Positions 60,805 to 64,000 of a stretch of 64,000 nucleotides of DNA are shown in pieces. The stretch comes from Octopus sinensis (Eukaryota). The notes beneath the pieces were generated by a model. It was not told the DNA's origin. It saw only the letters and a list, made by a program, of their open reading frames with translations, and ran no database searches. Position 1 is the first letter of the stretch, and the number at the start of each line of letters is the position of its first letter. The stretch covers positions 15,190,001 to 15,254,000 of the forward strand of contig NC_043003.1 of NCBI RefSeq assembly GCF_006345805.1, given 5' to 3'. The position numbers were made by a program, and so were the translations under genes.

Positions 60805-61401
60805 CCCATTGCCTGCCATGAGCCCCATTTGGGGATCCGATAAAAACAGTCACACTGCCGGTTGTTCGTTATATTTAAAGTGAGTTGCTTATATGCATTG
60901 CATTTGCAGAGGTGTGTTTGACAATATTTAGCAGTTAAAGTTTGTCATTATTAGCTCTGGCTAATTCTAGAGGACATTCTATGTCATTAATCGCAATTTT
61001 TGAATTACAAAAATATCGACAGTTTTAAAAGCATTTTTTTTTTTTTGCATTTCCCAGCTAAATCATTCACTGATATTTCATACACATTCGCATTTGGAAT
61101 GTGTATACACATTCGCATTTGATTAAAGAAAAAAAAAACTAACTAAAATGTTTATTATGGCAATTGAATAGAAAAGAATAAATATGATATTTTTTTCAGC
61201 GATCCCCATTTGGGACTTTTCGAAAAATTTATCATAATTTCCAAAATAATTCTCATATGAAGAAAAGGTGCCCCAGCATGGCCGCGGCCTTCGGGCTAAA
61301 ACATTTTTAAGGATTTAAAGATTTACTATATATTATTTTAACTTCTAAGACACCTGGCAAAGCCAACAGAATATGAACAAAAGAAATTGGCAGTTATTGG
61401 G
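60805..61401. mobile_element. piggyBac-like non-autonomous element of about 600 bp
   Basis: TTAA on both sides; imperfect TIRs CCCATTGCCTGCCA / TGGCAGTTATTGGG; repeated subterminal CCCCATTTGGG motif. Confidence 0.55.
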
Positions 61402-61419
61402 TTAAGAAGTTGAACGTAG

Positions 61420-61590
61420 AGTTTCCAGTAATTCTGAACGCCTTATGGTCCCAGCAGACCTAATGGAAAGAGCGTTGCCCCGGAGGATGGTGAGGGAGAT
61501 GCGCTGGAACAGCCATTCCGATTCACGGGGTTAGCACTTGCGGATAACCATCTCCGCTTCGCTGTTTGTCAACGATACCTGCCGTCAAGA
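61420..61590 (-). mobile_element. CRE-like (RLE) LINE 3' remnant
   Basis: PRESEWLFQRISLTILRGNALSI resembles the FQRxSxxxQRGNA C-terminal motif. Confidence 0.5.
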
Positions 61591-61903
61591 TACAAATGAC
61601 TGTTACTGGCCACCCGCATTCTAACGCAACACGACATCGTGCTTTTGGGCTCTCAAATTTCATTCTACTCAAAATGTCTTTTGTATTTTATACTTGCTTC
61701 AGTCATTGGTTTGCGGCCAAGCTGGAACAATGCCTTGAAGGGTTTAGTCGTACAAATCGTCCCCAGTATTTGCTATTTTTCTTTTAGAGTAAGGCACTTA
61801 TTGTATCGGTGTCTTTGTGCCAAAGTACCGGGGTGTAAACAAACAGCACTCGTCAAGCAGTTGTGGGGGTACACAGAAAGATATATACATACATGTGTTA
61901 TGC

Positions 61904-61937
<34 letters not shown>

Positions 61938-62293
61938 AACGGGCTTTTTTCAGTTTCCGTCCATCATATTCATTTACAAGGCTCAAGTCGACCAGGGGCT
62001 ATAGTAGAAGGCACATACCGAAGGTGCCACGCAGTAGGACTGAAACCGGAATCATGTGGGTTGGAAGTCAACTTCTTACCACGCAGCCACACGTGCGCCT
62101 ACTGTCTTTAAATATCCCACGGTCAACCCTTCATAATATGTAGAATTTATGTAATATAAGTTATTTATTTTTCTACATTTATCTTTCAAGATATACAAAA
62201 ATTCCAGTGTTAGTCAATTCTAAATAATTGAACTCTAGTTGTTAGTACTGACAGCGTTTTTTATAAGATAAACTTGCGAAGATTTTATCAGTG

Positions 62294-64000
62294 CTATAGT
62301 TTCGTTACGTAGGAATCTTCCGCGGCTTCTTCGTCGGTGAAATCTTTAAGATCATAAGACTTAATTTTGTAGTTGTTATACGTTTGTGTTATTGCGCCGT
62401 CCACCGTAACAAATACATTACCCGGTGGATAGACGTCAAACACGCCGGCCTGTTGCAAACTTTTGCATACACGAGGATGACATGCAGCAAGAAAAACCTG
62501 TACATTTACGTGTTCGTATTCCTTGTAGATGTAGCTCAATGTATTTGCTCCCGTGGCATCGATGTAATTTACACTGGATAAATCTAATATGATGAAACGA
62601 ACTGACTTCATAACATTCAGTTCTCCTTCTCGTATGCAACAACCGCCATCTTCCGGATCTGTTTCTTCGTTTTGCCCATTTATACCAGAATCCGAGCTGT
62701 GTGTAATAGAATGTTTTCTTCCATTTGGGATTTCACCATTAGAAATATTGGTAATCGATGGATCCATTGTCACATGAGATACAGAAGAGTGTGGTGGTAT
62801 ACGCGATTCGTCAAGATCTATCGTTTTATCCACTGAAAATGGAAATGTCTGATCTCCTATTGTAGATAAGTCGGTAGATTTTGAATCAACACTTGTCGAA
62901 TGTCTGAGTATGTTCATCGTTGATAAACTCTTTTTATTTTGCTCTTGGAGTCGTTTTTCTAGTTTTTGCAGTTGTTTCAGAAGTTTCCTAGGGTTCAGAG
63001 TTTTTCGATAGAGACTATTTCGGAATATTTCCGCTGTAGCAAAATAAACGTTAGCTTCAAATCGGAATATCCTCACACCTCTAATCTCTTCTGAATGGTA
63101 AAGTTTGTGTTCTACCAACAAGTCTTCTTTAGGGAGTTGTGCAATGCGATAACTTTGAGCAAACTGACTCTGCAGAACTACCGTAATGAGAGATACGACT
63201 ACTCCGATGCCAAGACCATAATCAATGTCTAAGAAAACAACGCTGAGAAAAGTTATCAACCAGATGATGAAATCGAAGATATTGATATGCCAGAATTTTT
63301 TTAAATCAGCAATTTGAAGAAATAGGCCTTTTAATGCAATGACTATAACAGCGGCCAGTATTGATACAGGCAAAGTTTTGAACAGACTACTGATAACACT
63401 CAGTAATAAAAACATGAGAATTGCTGTAACTACTGCACTTAGAGTAGTCTTTACTCCCATTGTGCTTGCGATCATCGAACGGGGAGGAGCGACGCTCGAC
63501 GGGAAACAGAAGAAAAAGGCACTCACGAAATTACACAAGCCGTAGGCAATCAGTTCTTGCGAGTCATTTATTTCGTAATTGTGTTTCTTGGCACAGATCT
63601 TTGCCATGGCGATTGTATTGGCGAATATCAATATAGCAATGATTAAACTGTCTAGTAAAAGATCCGTGGCAATATTTAGTGGAGGCACTTTCGGTACGGG
63701 TATTTCTGATGAGATCTGGCCAACAACTTTAACGTCGTAGGTGTCAGCAAGGTTAGCAAGATAAGCTACTAGTGTACCCAGTATTACAACAACCAGCTCA
63801 ATCGGTATTGGAACTTTTAGTTTATGCTTGAACCGGTCGTTAATGCAAGATTTTACGAGTAACAGAATGATGATACATATGATTGACATGATGAGCTCTG
63901 CAACATTAGTCTTTGTTATGTTTAGGACGATGTCGCGATAGGTGTAAATTATTTTGAAAAGCCCACTGTATTTTTTTATTGATAGACCAAACATGGACGA
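62294..64000 (-). CDS. SLC26/SulP-family anion transporter (prestin/SLC26A6-like), 5'-partial; TM segments plus STAS domain
   Basis: Uninterrupted frame open past the window edge (S-S-M-F-G...). Contains PIPIELVVV, QELIAYGLCN, LKGLFLQ, IWLITF...DYGL, IFRFEANVYFA, IILDLSSVNYIDATG and C-terminal YVTKL. The paralogue cannot be assigned by eye. Confidence 0.93.
   Translation of the reverse strand, partial: SSMFGLSIKKYSGLFKIIYTYRDIVLNITKTNVAELIMSIICIIILLLVKSCINDRFKHKLKVPIPIELVVVILGTLVAYLANLADTYDVKVVGQISSEIPVPKVPPLNIATDLLLDSLIIAILIFANTIAMAKICAKKHNYEINDSQELIAYGLCNFVSAFFFCFPSSVAPPRSMIASTMGVKTTLSAVVTAILMFLLLSVISSLFKTLPVSILAAVIVIALKGLFLQIADLKKFWHINIFDFIIWLITFLSVVFLDIDYGLGIGVVVSLITVVLQSQFAQSYRIAQLPKEDLLVEHKLYHSEEIRGVRIFRFEANVYFATAEIFRNSLYRKTLNPRKLLKQLQKLEKRLQEQNKKSLSTMNILRHSTSVDSKSTDLSTIGDQTFPFSVDKTIDLDESRIPPHSSVSHVTMDPSITNISNGEIPNGRKHSITHSSDSGINGQNEETDPEDGGCCIREGELNVMKSVRFIILDLSSVNYIDATGANTLSYIYKEYEHVNVQVFLAACHPRVCKSLQQAGVFDVYPPGNVFVTVDGAITQTYNNYKIKSYDLKDFTDEEAAEDSYVTKL

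Overview
Eukaryotic, AT-rich, very repeat-dense genomic DNA, most likely from an octopod cephalopod. This is an inference from the tRNA-derived SINE families and the mollusc-type 5S relic. Three protein-coding genes can be reconstructed by hand. (1) RFESD (Rieske 2Fe-2S protein), + strand, 3 exons, 155 aa. (2) EDEM2 (GH47 ERAD mannosidase), - strand, 10 exons, 688 aa, convergent with RFESD. (3) The 3' 568 codons of an SLC26 (prestin/SLC26A6-like) anion transporter, - strand, which has no intron in the window and runs off the right edge. The remainder is SINEs, LINE remnants (RTE, RTEX-, CR1-, HERO- and CRE-like), mariner derivatives, MITEs (Mutator-, piggyBac-, Tc2/pogo- and hAT-like), non-autonomous Helitrons, a 5S rRNA pseudogene, minisatellites and fold-back palindromes. 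There is no CRISPR array or prokaryotic feature. I found no clearly new multi-gene system. The best leads are the intronless SLC26 with an altered TM10 anion-site motif, the uORF cluster on EDEM2, a 1.4-kb promoter-bearing cassette between near-identical 208-bp direct repeats, hammerhead-like relics, a repeat core that seeds minisatellites of different periods, and a CpG-decay footprint over the gene bodies. All coordinates and counts were read by hand; repeat boundaries are approximate.
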